A stretch of 64,000 nucleotides of DNA from Epiperipatus broadwayi (lineage: Eukaryota; Animalia; Onychophora), in assembly GCA_028023455.1 (NCBI GenBank), contig JAQFVV010000001.1:12896001-12960000 (forward strand). Reading direction: 5' to 3'. Both the position numbers and the translations under genes were made by a program. Position 1 is the first letter of the stretch, and each line of letters opens with the position of its first letter. Below, one piece after another: positions 1 to 12,135 of this stretch. The notes beneath the pieces are model-generated. The model did not search any database. It was not told the origin of the DNA and saw only the letters and a program-made list of their open reading frames with translations.

Positions 1-1035
1 ATGTTGGAATTGATTATAATTATATCTTTCAGTGTTTTAAGTCTTGGGCACCGGTGTATAATATGGTCTATGGTTTCATCTTCACGAGCACACAGACCAC
101 ATATAGGGTCAATGCTGGTAAAATCTCTTCGGTGATAAAGGAACCAATTTATGGGAAGCGCATTAAGATTTATTTTAATGATGAAGTCAAGGAATTTGGG
201 TTCCAGACTCCATCTTTTGAAGTGTGAAATGAGTCTTTGGTTGGTTACTTTTAGGCTGGTTTTAATGGGTTGTTGATTATAGTTTATTATATTGTATGCT
301 TCCCATAAGGTGATTTTTTTGTTAAGGTTAAAGGGCATTATTGGGTTATAAATTTGTAGGTAGTCTATTAGGGAGGCTATCCATGAACTGGCAGAGGGCG
401 GAGGCATCTGTTGGTGTAATTTTTTTAATAATGTTGGAGTATCCACAGGAGAGGATCAGATTATGTAGAATGTTGTGGGTTTTCTGTAAAATGATTGCTT
501 ATATTGAGTGGAATGAGAGTCCATTGAACCTGCGTGGTCGTTGAATGCCTTGTAAGCTAATAGCAACTGTCCTTCCTCTCCAGAGAAGTTTGGTACATAA
601 TCGGTTGATTTTATTTTGAAACTGTTTAGACATTTTACTAATGGAAGATAATATGAGATTTTTGGCATTATGATCATGTTGAGGAGGCCAACCTTTCCAT
701 ATAATGAAAGGTATGGTGATGGCTTCAGTTGAATGGAGGATTGCATCTTGAATCTCTCTTGCCATTGCAGTTGGTGTTTTGAAGATTGGGAAACCTAGGT
801 ATCTTTGGGGTTTTGCAGAAAAGGGAGAGTTAATTTGTTTCCCAGACATAATCTTTCAGATGGAAGATTTGTTAAAGTTTATTTGTAGGCCAAGTTTCGC
901 TGCATTACTGTTTAAGATGTTCATGAGATGGGGAAGGTATTTAATGGTGGGAAGAACAACCATGATGTCATCTATATATGCAAATACATTTGAAATCAGC
1001 AGAAATAAATAAAGAACTGAGGGATATAAAGACTT
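1..1035 (-). mobile_element. Decayed non-LTR retrotransposon ORF2 fragment (L1/Tx1-like): RT C-terminal half plus zf-RVT, running off the window start
   Basis: Minus-strand translation across frameshifts gives NVFAYIDDIMVV (YxDD catalytic motif, ~960-985), RYLGFPI, IMPKISY, IQRPRRFNGL (position of the GGLG motif), NLNALPINWFLYHR and IDPICGLC (zf-RVT, ~90-115). Confidence 0.85.
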
Positions 1036-3075
1036 ATAGAATAAATATTATAATGCCTATTTTGAATGTTGAATAAAAACATATTTAGATTAAAATGTAT
1101 ATATTTAAAAAAAGAAATGAAAATGTTTTGGTTGTAATAAATTTTTGTTTTTTCATTAAACAGTATATTGATACAGTAAATGAGGTCATGAAATGAATTT
1201 TATAAAAGCAATCAAATTAAAGTACTGCTATTAATTTTTATGGATAAAATTAATAATGTATTAGGTAGTCAGATTTTTTCCTTCAATTTTTAACAAAAAA
1301 TTACCAAACTTATAAGATCTTGCATAAGCCAGAAGCTGAAAAATCTGTTTGATAAAAGTTCTTGTAAATCTATGCAGAAGTCACAACAAAAGCAAAAAAG
1401 AAACAATTTCACTAAAATATCCAAGTAAAACAAATTATTTAAACAATTTCTTGGTATATTTAAAAATAGTCTAAAAATAATTGATTTTTGAATCAGTTTT
1501 TCCATCACAGCCTAGTTATTCAACTACAGAAGGTTATAATAGAAAGATTAACTAATCAGTTTTGTCACTCCATACTACTGATTTTTTAAAACAGATTGAT
1601 GCATATAAAACATTCAAAATCATTAAAACAATACTGTCTCATCACCAATAGATCTATTCAAACCATCAAAGAATGTTGTTAAAAAAACTTAATAAATTTA
1701 TAACCTAGCAAATGTTTTGCATATCTAAAGAATAAAATCCTCTTGTATACATCAGAATTATTTATGCTTCATTAGATTTGGATGAAGAAATTTGATGATA
1801 TTGTTTAATATGTTAATATTCAAATGGGATAATGTTAAACATGCAATATGATACTTTCATTATTGCTGGAAGGTTGCATTGAAGTTGAAGAAGATGTTTA
1901 ATTTATTAATGAAGCACCTACTGTAGACATATTCAAATACCTATAATCATTCATGGTTAGTCTTACTTTCTTTTGGTACAACAGATTTTGTAAAGATGAT
2001 TAAATTAGTGAGTTTGGAATTGGATCTATTTAGAGTCAGTAATTTTAATTATGATAACCCAAACCACATTTACAATAATCAGTTTCAGTAAATGATTGAT
2101 CTTCATTATTCAAGCAATTGCTTGCATATCTATTGATATTCTGCTAAACAACTTCTAATTACTACTATATTCTAATAAAAGTATTAAGAGTGTATATTAT
2201 TGACAAAATTCAGTAAAAAGCGATTTAGCAAAAAATGTTTTCATAATTATAAATGAAAATTATTTAAAAGATGATGTAAAAAGTTTTAATTGTTGTAATA
2301 AAATAAATCTATGTTTAAATGCTTATTGGGATGAAAATTTCAAATAATAATCCACACTAATATTAAACAATTTGATATGATCTTATTATTGATTTTTAAA
2401 GCCAGTATCTTCATTCTTCAGAAGAAGAGCTGTATTCCAGATAAAGTTTCACTTTTAAAATGTGATAATACTTCACTTAACTGTTAATTATATTGCTTTT
2501 CATTCTTTCACTCTTCAGTGAATCAAAATATAATAGGAATTTATTTTCAGCACATAGCAAAAGGTAATTCTTATATAATTCAAGTAAACATTTAATTCTC
2601 TTTAACTTTCATTTTAAATGAAGATTTAAGTAATATTATTCTTTTCTATTTTATAGCAAAGTAGATCTTAACTGCAGTTAGAATACTTCACTGCATTTTA
2701 TAAGGACTAATCTCATACAATTGTTACTATTGGTTTAACACCACTATTTACCATATTTGCCACCAATAACTTTTTTAATTACTTTCTCTTTGATACTTTC
2801 AATATATAAGTAGTTATGCTCTTATTTTATTTTTTCTTTTCATTCTATTCTTGTTTTTTCTTTCTATAATTAATAATGTTATACCTTTAGATCTTTATAG
2901 ATTTATAATCAAAAAAACAATTCTGCCGAGTCTTCGACATGTGAATCATTCATCACACCTACTAAAGTCCAGTTATTATCTTCATAAATATTTATCATTT
3001 TGCCTAACTTAGACTGAAGCAAATTTTAAGTGAAGGGTTTATTTAGCAGTTTTTTTTTGTTACAAATTTATTAAT

Positions 3076-3462
<387 letters not shown>

Positions 3463-4067
3463 CTCAACCAGAGTATTCTAAATTAAATTCATGACTAAAG
3501 CTAGTTAAAGTTGTGGTCTATTTCAGCCTTTTCATTAAGACATAATGACTGGTAGGCTTTATAAAATGATCTCTTATTAGTAATTTCAGTCATTCTGTGG
3601 ATGCTGCTTCTACTTTATTCTATGTAAATATGGTTTAATAATGGGGGGAAGGGTGTTTTCTTAAAAATTAAATGTTCATTATTAAATCAAATGTATGCTT
3701 ATCAGAAGAGGCTACAATACCAAATAACTTTACATATAATCAAAAGTTTTAAAGTTGATGTTAGTGTTTATTGATCCATAAATACTTTCTTATTTATTGT
3801 TATTGTAATTTTGAGTCAAATCATTAACTGCCCAAGATAATTTAACAATAAAAAATAAGCTTCCCACTTTTATTTTCTACTTTTTGTAATTACTTGATTT
3901 TTATCATTTTCTTCTTTTTATCTCTATGTTTTTTAACTGTGATTTATTTTAATTTTTATTGTATTTTTTTTTTTTATGGCTTAGTTGCAATTTTTACTTC
4001 AAGTAGGATATTATTATTCACTGGTTTTTTTTAGCACCTCAAGTTATTCTGTAAAAATATACAATAT

Positions 4068-5223
4068 ACTGAAGTTTTCAATAAGTTATATCACATTTGC
4101 AATCTTATCACAACCATCCATCAGCCCAGAAGTCATACCAACCTCTCACATCATAGATACATTAGAATTATACACTTTGTCAAGCAATCCATATAACACA
4201 TGTTACAATTCAACTTCATATAAACATTATTTTTAGAGAAACCACAATTTTTAATTTTTTAAAAAATTAATTACAATTCCATCATATATTACTGAAACAT
4301 ATTGATCAAAGATATGTGAAAAAGATAAATGATTTCCAAAATGCACATTTTATACTGAACCAGCTTTCATCAATTGGCTCAGGTCACAATCTCTTACTTA
4401 TATCTTCATCATTTGTTGAGTATATATTTAGATAGCAAATTATTATAGTTTAATTGATAGATTTCAAATTTTCTTCACTACAACATTAATATAAACCACT
4501 TTCATGGAAATATATTAATAACTGTTAATCTGCTTTGATCCTCTAAACATAGTTAAATGATTGCACATCCCTCCCCAATGTGTTAAAAGTGGATCCTGTC
4601 CCCACCTTGTGAGAAAAGTGTAAAAGTTATTAAGACCATCAACAAGGGAAGGAATTCATGTGTTGATACCTCTATCTAACGGCAAATACATTATACATTA
4701 AGTAATACTTAGAAAATAAAAAAACATATTTGGGCTAGAGATAATGTCTGGATTCATAAATGATTAGTAACAGTTATTAATATATTTGCATGAAAGTGGT
4801 TTATATTAATGTTGTACTGCAGAGAATTTGAAATATATCAATTAAACTATAGTAATTTGCTACCTAGATATATATTGAACAAATGATGAAGATATGTGTA
4901 AGAGATTATGATCTGGGCCAACTGATGAGTACTGATTCAATATGAAATGTGAATCTTGTGAATCATTTATCTTTTTCACATGTCTCTGATTATATGTGTC
5001 AATAATGTGTAATGTAATTGTAACTAATTTTAAAAAAATTAAGAATTGTGGTTTCTCTAGAAATAATGTCTATATGGAATTTAATTGTAACATGTGCTAT
5101 ATGGATTGCTGACAAGGTATATGTTCTAATGTATTTATGGTGTGATAGGTTAATCTGACTTCTGTGTTAATGGATGATTGTGATAGGATTGCAAATGTGA
5201 TATAACTCATGGGAAGCTTCAGT
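4068..5223. mobile_element. ~1.16-kb foldback element (family A2) with ~465-bp arms and ~220-bp spacer
   Basis: Arms pair segment by segment: ttatatcacatttgcaat/attgcaaatgtgatataa, agagaaaccacaatt/aattgtggtttctct, catcaattggctcag/ctgggccaactgatg, aatataaaccactttcatg/catgaaagtggtttatatt. The middle of each arm is the family A core. Confidence 0.85.
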
Positions 5224-5233
5224 TACTTCCTGT

Positions 5234-5462
5234 TTAAAAACAGGCAAAACTCACTATATATATTACCACACACAACAAGCTAGAAACTAGTCTGGGATAT
5301 TGGATGAGTAGGCAATAGATGGGGATTTTATGCACAAGCCTTCTGGCATCCATTGACTACTCTAGCTTGTTTTGTGCGGCAATATATATAGTGAGTTTTG
5401 CCTGTTTTTTAACAACAGTTATACACAAGCATAAGATGTGGTGGTCATGTGATGTTTATTGA
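5234..5462. mobile_element. Internally deleted copy of foldback family B with one-sided 3' tail
   Basis: Ends ttaaaaacaggcaaaactc...gagttttgcctgttttttaa. The body matches the right arm of 62018-62421, and both copies are followed by aacagttata..agcataaga..tggtggtcatgtgatgttta. Confidence 0.85.
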
Positions 5463-5984
5463 CTTTCTGTTTAGTTAGATATAATCTGAGTTATTTACTT
5501 ATTTAAATATAATCACTATATAAACCTTTATATTAAATGAAAAAAAAAAGTAAAATTTAAAACAGGATGAAAATTTATAGCAATGTACATGTAATTGAGA
5601 ATTAATGCAAATAAAAACATTAATATTCATAGATTTCCTAAGCTCACATCATTATGAAATAGCTGAGAATATACAGGAACATTTAACCCTAATTTTCGTT
5701 AAAGTTTTTGATAAATGTTCTAGAATAAATGATTTTGCTTAATCATAACATCCTCTTGTTTAATCATTTAGGCTTGTTTTTATTGATAATATTTTTACAT
5801 GTACTTATGTTTTGTATTTATTTTTATAAACATTATTAATTAATATAACATTGTTGTTTTCTATTTCATTGTTTATTTTTTTTATTATTATGTATACATT
5901 AAAGATATTTCTGAAAAATTCTTATTATAATTTTAATGTTATATCTTAAGTCCATCAAACGTTTTAATTTAATACATATAACCC

Positions 5985-6306
5985 TCATGGGGACTTAATT
6001 GTTAGCCAGGATTCAGAGAAGTTGTTGTGATTCAAAGTCTCACACTTATAAAAAGTATCTGGACTGATTTATTACTCACATACCAGCTTAATTGTTGAGA
6101 TTGAAAAAGTCTATTTTTTGGCTTAACATAAACCAGACAAATTCTATTATTAATAATTAAATCACATGGTTTAGTTAGCACTATTTATTTTATTTGAAGT
6201 TGCCTATCTATATCACAATAGAAAGTTTTATCTATTTTAAAGCATGAACAAATTTCTGTTATACTTTCAATATTTAAATCTTAAGTCTGTGAAAATCCCT
6301 AATTTA

Positions 6307-6337
<31 letters not shown>

Positions 6338-7775
6338 GTCTATACTAAACTTAATGTAATTATAAGGGACTTGAACTAAGACTATCAAACTCCCTACAAA
6401 TATCCAATCTAACTTATACAACTAATACACATAACCACATACATGTGAAAAAGATCAATGATTGTTAATATATGTATTCTATGCAGAACCAGCACCCATC
6501 AATTGATCCACATCATCTCCTACACATATATACAATCATTGCTCAGCTTATATTAAAAGAGCAGATCTCCATTTTCAAACTCTTTAACCATCCATATCAT
6601 TGAAAATTCAAGGATTAAATGCTCAAAGCCCTTGTTGATGCCAAATATTATCTTATTTAAATATTACATATTCAGCATGTATTCTACCTATCCTCTTCTG
6701 TATAATTAAATGGACATATTAAGGTTCTATGTGTGAGGCATCAGATTGATTTAAGGTCAACATGGGTATGAAAATAATATTGGCATCAACAAGGGCTTTG
6801 AGCATTTTATTCTCAAATTTTCAATGATATAGATGACTGAAGAGTTTGAGAATGAAGAAGATTGAAGCTTGTTCATTAAAGTTTGAAGATCTGCTTTTTT
6901 AATATAAACTGAGCACTGATTGTATATATGTGTGGGAGATGATGATCTAGAACAATTGATGAGGATTGGTTCTGCATAAAATATGTATATTGGTAGTCAT
7001 TGATCTTTTTTACATGTATGTGATTATATGTATCAGTTGTATAAAATAGATTGAATATTTGTGGGGAGTTTGAAAGTCTGAGTTCAAGTCACTTATAATA
7101 TATATGTATATAATTCTCTGGTGGAAAAGCTCACTTGTTGGTAAAAATTCAGAAAAGTTGTTGTACTTCAAATTCTTATAAATAAAAAATATCTAGTCAG
7201 ATTTAGTATTAATATATCAGCTTGAGTGTTAAGCTAAAAGCAACATGTATTTTAGTGTAATGGAAATAATATAAGTGCTATTTCTAATTAATAGCTCATG
7301 TGGGCCAGCTTGCACTATCTATTTTAATTGGTGGTGTCTAGTTACATTATATCTATCTAGATTAATGCATAAAAAAAAATCTCATTATATTTTTAATATT
7401 TCCATCTTAAGTTTGTGAATATTTTTAATATATATATATATATATATCATTAACTTCTGGAGATGTTTTGTTATTGATAAGGAATCAGAGGAGGACTACT
7501 TCAAATTCTCACATACAAAAAAATTTCGGGTCTAATTTAATATTAATAAATTCGCTTGAGTTCTAAACTAGAAGCAGTCTGACTTTTAATCCTAATGTAA
7601 ATCACACAAATGCTATTATTAATTAATAGCTCATGTGGGTCAGGTTGTATTGACTGTTTTAGTTGATGGCTGCCTAATCACACCATAGCTAAAGGTTTTA
7701 TTTAGTTTAATACTTTTAAAATTTTCCATTTTAAGTTTGCTAAAAATCTTAATATATATATATATATATATATAC
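5985..7775 (+). repeat. Old diverged tandem array: three ~340-bp units, each ending in (TA)n, interrupted by a family A element
   Basis: Units at ~5985-6340, ~7110-7450 and ~7450-7775 share ttcagaNaagttgttgt..ttcaaa, aattaatagctcatgtggg (units 2 and 3) and atcttaagtNtgtgaa..(TA)n. Confidence 0.65.
6361..7097. mobile_element. Foldback element family A, full length (~740 bp)
   Basis: Starts tataagggacttgaact and ends agttcaagtcacttata; the arms pair over ~330 bp; short asymmetric centre near 6690-6725. Confidence 0.92.
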
Positions 7776-8249
7776 TGCAAATAGCATTGGGAGGTTTAAT
7801 AGTTAAAAGTGTTTTAGTAACTTTTACTAATGCATTACTTTTTACGTTGATTATGGTTATTAGGTTCATTATTTTGTAAAAAAAAAAAATCACTAAAAAT
7901 AAAATGTTTTATAGTAAAAATAAAAAGTGATTTTAAATAATTTACAGTTAAAATCTCTCCAGAGACACTCCAAAGATAAATAGTAAATGAGACAGCAATA
8001 TTCAAAAGAGAAGACATTACTCAACAAGTTTGCCAAATGCTGAATGATTTAATTAAATTAATTATTGACTAGTTGCTCAGAAAACATTCGAAATCAGATT
8101 GAAACTTAAAAAAAATATTTTTTCTTTGCTTGTCACAGGCAAGTGCTCCCATTATGTCATGAGACAACATGACGTAAATTAAACTAAACTAAATGTTTTA
8201 TATTAACAATTAAATAAAACCTAAAGATAAACAATCAAGTGTTTATTTG

Positions 8250-8781
8250 TTATGGCAATAGAATACATTGATTATAAAAAGATTTTTTTTAATCAAATGT
8301 GTTTATTAACATATATATAAAATTGTTAATCAAAATATTACATCCAAGCAAACCCTAATATTGAGTAACATCAAGATATGATATCCAATGAGAATGGACT
8401 CACTAATGATATTAAGTAACATCAAAGTTTATTTTCTTCCATATCTACTTCGCTGCAATATGAGGAGCTATCTTGTATCTCTCTATCCAATGGTGTTTCA
8501 TTTCTGAATAACTCAGACAAAATGTTATCCAGAAATGAAACACCATTGGATAGAGAGATACAAAATAATTCCTCATATTGCAGCAAAGTAAATATGGGAG
8601 AAAATAAACTTTGATGTTACCTAATATCATTAGTGAGTCCATTCTCATTGGATATCATATCTTGAGGTTACTTAAAATTAGTGTTTGCTTGGATGTAAAC
8701 TTTTGATTAACAATTGTATATAAATGTTAAACATATTTGATAAAAAAAATCTTTTTATAATCAACAATACTTATTTCATAA
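8250..8781. mobile_element. Foldback element family D (~530 bp)
   Basis: Near-perfect inverted arms, e.g. gatatgatatccaatgagaatggactcactaatgatatt/aatatcattagtgagtccattctcattggatatcatatc and tctctctatccaatggtgtttcatttctg/cagaaatgaaacaccattggatagagaga; spacer ~20 bp near 8515. Confidence 0.92.
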
Positions 8782-9127
8782 GAAAAAAATAGTATATTAA
8801 TCTGTAGTAGAGTAACTCTAGGTAAAAAACATTTGTTAAAAATCATTATTAGAAATTTTTTTTTTGATTAATTTTTAAAAAAAAAAAAAAAATTCTCAGA
8901 GCTTAAGCAGAAATAATATTTTATTCAAATGTATTATATATCTATGTTAAGATTTTTTTAAATCTTTATTTTCCTTGCTGTTGCTCTTTTTCTTCCTTCC
9001 TCTCTCTCTCTCTCTAGAAAATTTTATTATATATTTTTTTAAAAATTAAATACTTTTCATTGTATTCTATATCTTTTGCATATAATTATTGAACTATGTT
9101 AGTTAGGTAAACAAAATGTGTTGGATT

Positions 9128-9226
9128 AGTCAAGCATTAGTGGTTGAGAAGTCAGTGACAGCTGCTTTACAAGCAGTTGTCCTGGGTTAGCAGGTTCGCT
9201 TCCCAGCTGATGCTATGACACATAAA
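9128..9226 (+). mobile_element. tRNA-Gly-derived SINE copy (decayed) with 15-bp TSD
   Basis: agtcaagcattagtgg...gctgctttacaagcag...ggttcgcttcccagc...tatgacacataaaa, flanked by aaaatgtgttggatt at 9113-9127 and 9227-9241. Confidence 0.8.
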
Positions 9227-9404
9227 AAAATGTGTTGGATTTAAGAATGATCCATTTGGTTTAATATAGTGTGTGATCCAATATTACCTCATTCATATAC
9301 TCCTAGTATATCTTAAGAAAAATTTTGAAAGAACCATATCATATACAAATTAATAAAATAATTGAAAGGATATTGCAAATTGAAGCACTTTTTATAAAAG
9401 ATAT

Positions 9405-9975
9405 TTAAATAAGATATTTATTTTATATAGTACTATGTTGTATAAACTGTAATATTAATAATTATCCATTAAACTAAAGCACATGTGCTTTGTGGATTTT
9501 AATTATAAATGAATACTCTCACTTTCCAAACACAAGATAGAGTCTTTGTAAAAAGATAGAATAAATATCTATCTTTTAGACCCAAATGTTTATGTATGGG
9601 CAAATCTTAAGCATTTGGAAAGTGAGAGTATTCATTTATAGTTAAAATCCACAAAGCACATGTGCATTAGCTTAATGACTAATTATTAATATTACAGTTT
9701 ATACAACATAGCATTATATAAAATAAATATTTTATTTACATATGTTTAATTTCAAATAAGAGTGATGTATTGTAAATTCTAGAAAATTTCACAAGCGTCA
9801 TTCATTCAGGCATAGTAAAAGTAATCTAAAGTGATCACTTAACCTCTTCATGCTAACATTTCCAAATGCTTAAGATTTACCCATACATAAATGTTTGGGT
9901 CAAAAAGATAGATATTCATTCTATCTTTTCACAAAGACTTTATCTTGTGTTTGGAAAGTGAGAGTAATTATTTAT
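9405..9975. mobile_element. Family E element: inverted partial unit plus one permuted ~334-bp unit (nested inverted repeats)
   Basis: 9405-9520 pairs with 9625-9740 and 9505-9625 pairs with 9860-9975; homologous to the tandem unit at 46913-48075 and to 15775-15982. Confidence 0.8.
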
Positions 9976-10420
9976 AAAAGATATTGTAATTGTAGCTTTA
10001 TAAACATTATTAAAGTTGTTTATTGCTTTTCAAATTTTTTTTTAAAATTCTCACCAATATTAATTATGCATTTGTTTAAAACAAAATTAAGATTTTTATA
10101 TAAGTTATCAGAATATGATTTTGTAGTGTGATCCTGGTGAAGGCTTTTAAGAATATCAAAACAAATGACCCAAAGAAAATTCTATCAAATGAAATATAAA
10201 CCTCCATTTGAAACAGAAATAAAAATTACATTATTTTAGGTTCAATTTATTAGATATGTTTACATACTTAAAACAGAAAGAGAAAGAGACCAACAATAAA
10301 AAAAAAAATAGGTTATATCATTATAATAATGAGTATATCATTGAGAGTTTAGTTGTTAGGAAAATATCATTCATATAATCACTAGGATCACTAGGATTAA
10401 ACATTTACTTGGAAATACCT

Positions 10421-10599
<179 letters not shown>

Positions 10600-11097
10600 A
10601 TTCTTAATCAGCCATCACATGCTAATAACATTCTAACATATAAGTTACTTACTATCAAGTTATTAATATTAGAGTATATTAAACAAAACTACACAACTTC
10701 TCGAGATTACATTTAATTTCTAATTACCAGTAGATTACCACTTTATCACACTACTTGAAAGCATAATCAAAGGTTGCCAGATGCTGGTGCAACCATCTTT
10801 TTTTAGACTAGTTTCTGAAAATTAGCTTTCCTCAGTCATGAGCATTGGATTGTACACATTCATCCATCATCCACTTTTACATCTTTTGCACTATTCAATC
10901 AAACTAAATACTGAAAGTTCACTTAAGGTTTAAAACAATGAATCAATTTACTTGTAAACTATATAAATTTTATATTTAATCAACAACTATATACTTTGAT
11001 AGAGGGTAGTGGAATATGTTTAAAGTTTAAAGAGAAATCCATACTATAATTTACTGTGTGTGTATAGCCATTAGATAAATAAATTAATAAATATAGT

Positions 11098-11441
<344 letters not shown>

Positions 11442-11484
11442 TGATGAAAAACAATAACAAGTCTAATAAATTTAATATATATAT

Positions 11485-12135
11485 AAATTGCTTGTAAAAT
11501 TGAGATCTCTAAATGTTATAGAAACTTATCTGGTATCTGCCTGAAGATTTGTGATGATGGTATAGTAGATATGATAATATGTTGAACTATTTCCATCATC
11601 TATCATTAATTAAATGTTGAATGTCTAGAAAATTTTAAACTTTTCAAATACAAACAACTTATTACTAATAACATACTAATAGACAACACAAGTTAATAGT
11701 TATGCAACATTTTCGGTAGTATTATTCTTCACTTTTCTTCTGGTGTTGCTGGCCTGACCAATGACAATATTAGCATAGGAGTTGAACTTATCCCTTTACA
11801 TTTGACAAAATAGCTCAATTGGTTAGATCGTTGCCTTAAAATTCAATATTCTAGAATCTAAAGATGTAAATTCAACTCCTATGTTAATATTTGTCACTGG
11901 TTAGGCCAGCAACACCTGAAGAAGAGTGGAGAATAAGTATAACTATTAACCTATGTTGTCTGTTTGTGTGTTATTACTAATAATTTTCTTGTATTTGAAA
12001 AGTTTAAATAAAATTTAAATTTTAGTTATTCATGGAAATAATTCAATATATTATCATATCTAATACACCATCATCACAAATCTTCAGGCTAATATCAGAT
12101 AAATTTCTATATCTTTTAGTGACCTCAATTTTAGG
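11485..12135. mobile_element. Foldback element family F (~650 bp) with a tRNA-like centre
   Basis: Arms pair: cctgaagatttgtgatgatggt/accatcatcacaaatcttcagg, ggtgttgctggcctgaccaatgacaa/ttgtcactggttaggccagcaacacc, ataggagttgaa/ttcaactcctat. Confidence 0.88.
11802..11887 (+). pseudogene. Degenerate tRNA-like sequence at the centre of foldback F
   Basis: tagctcaattggttagatcg resembles a D-arm/A-box and gtaaattcaactcc a decayed T-loop/B-box; ttgaca can pair with tgttaa as an acceptor stem; the anticodon region is disrupted. Confidence 0.5.

Noticed and set aside
341-1012. Plus-strand ORFs 341..544 and 779..1012, and 33196..33423 and 33504..33719
   Set aside because: They are antisense shadows of the minus-strand LINE ORF2 fragments.
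1700-2000. NIQMG...VDIFKYL resembling an RTE-type post-RT segment
   Set aside because: A single weak motif with several stops and no supporting domains.
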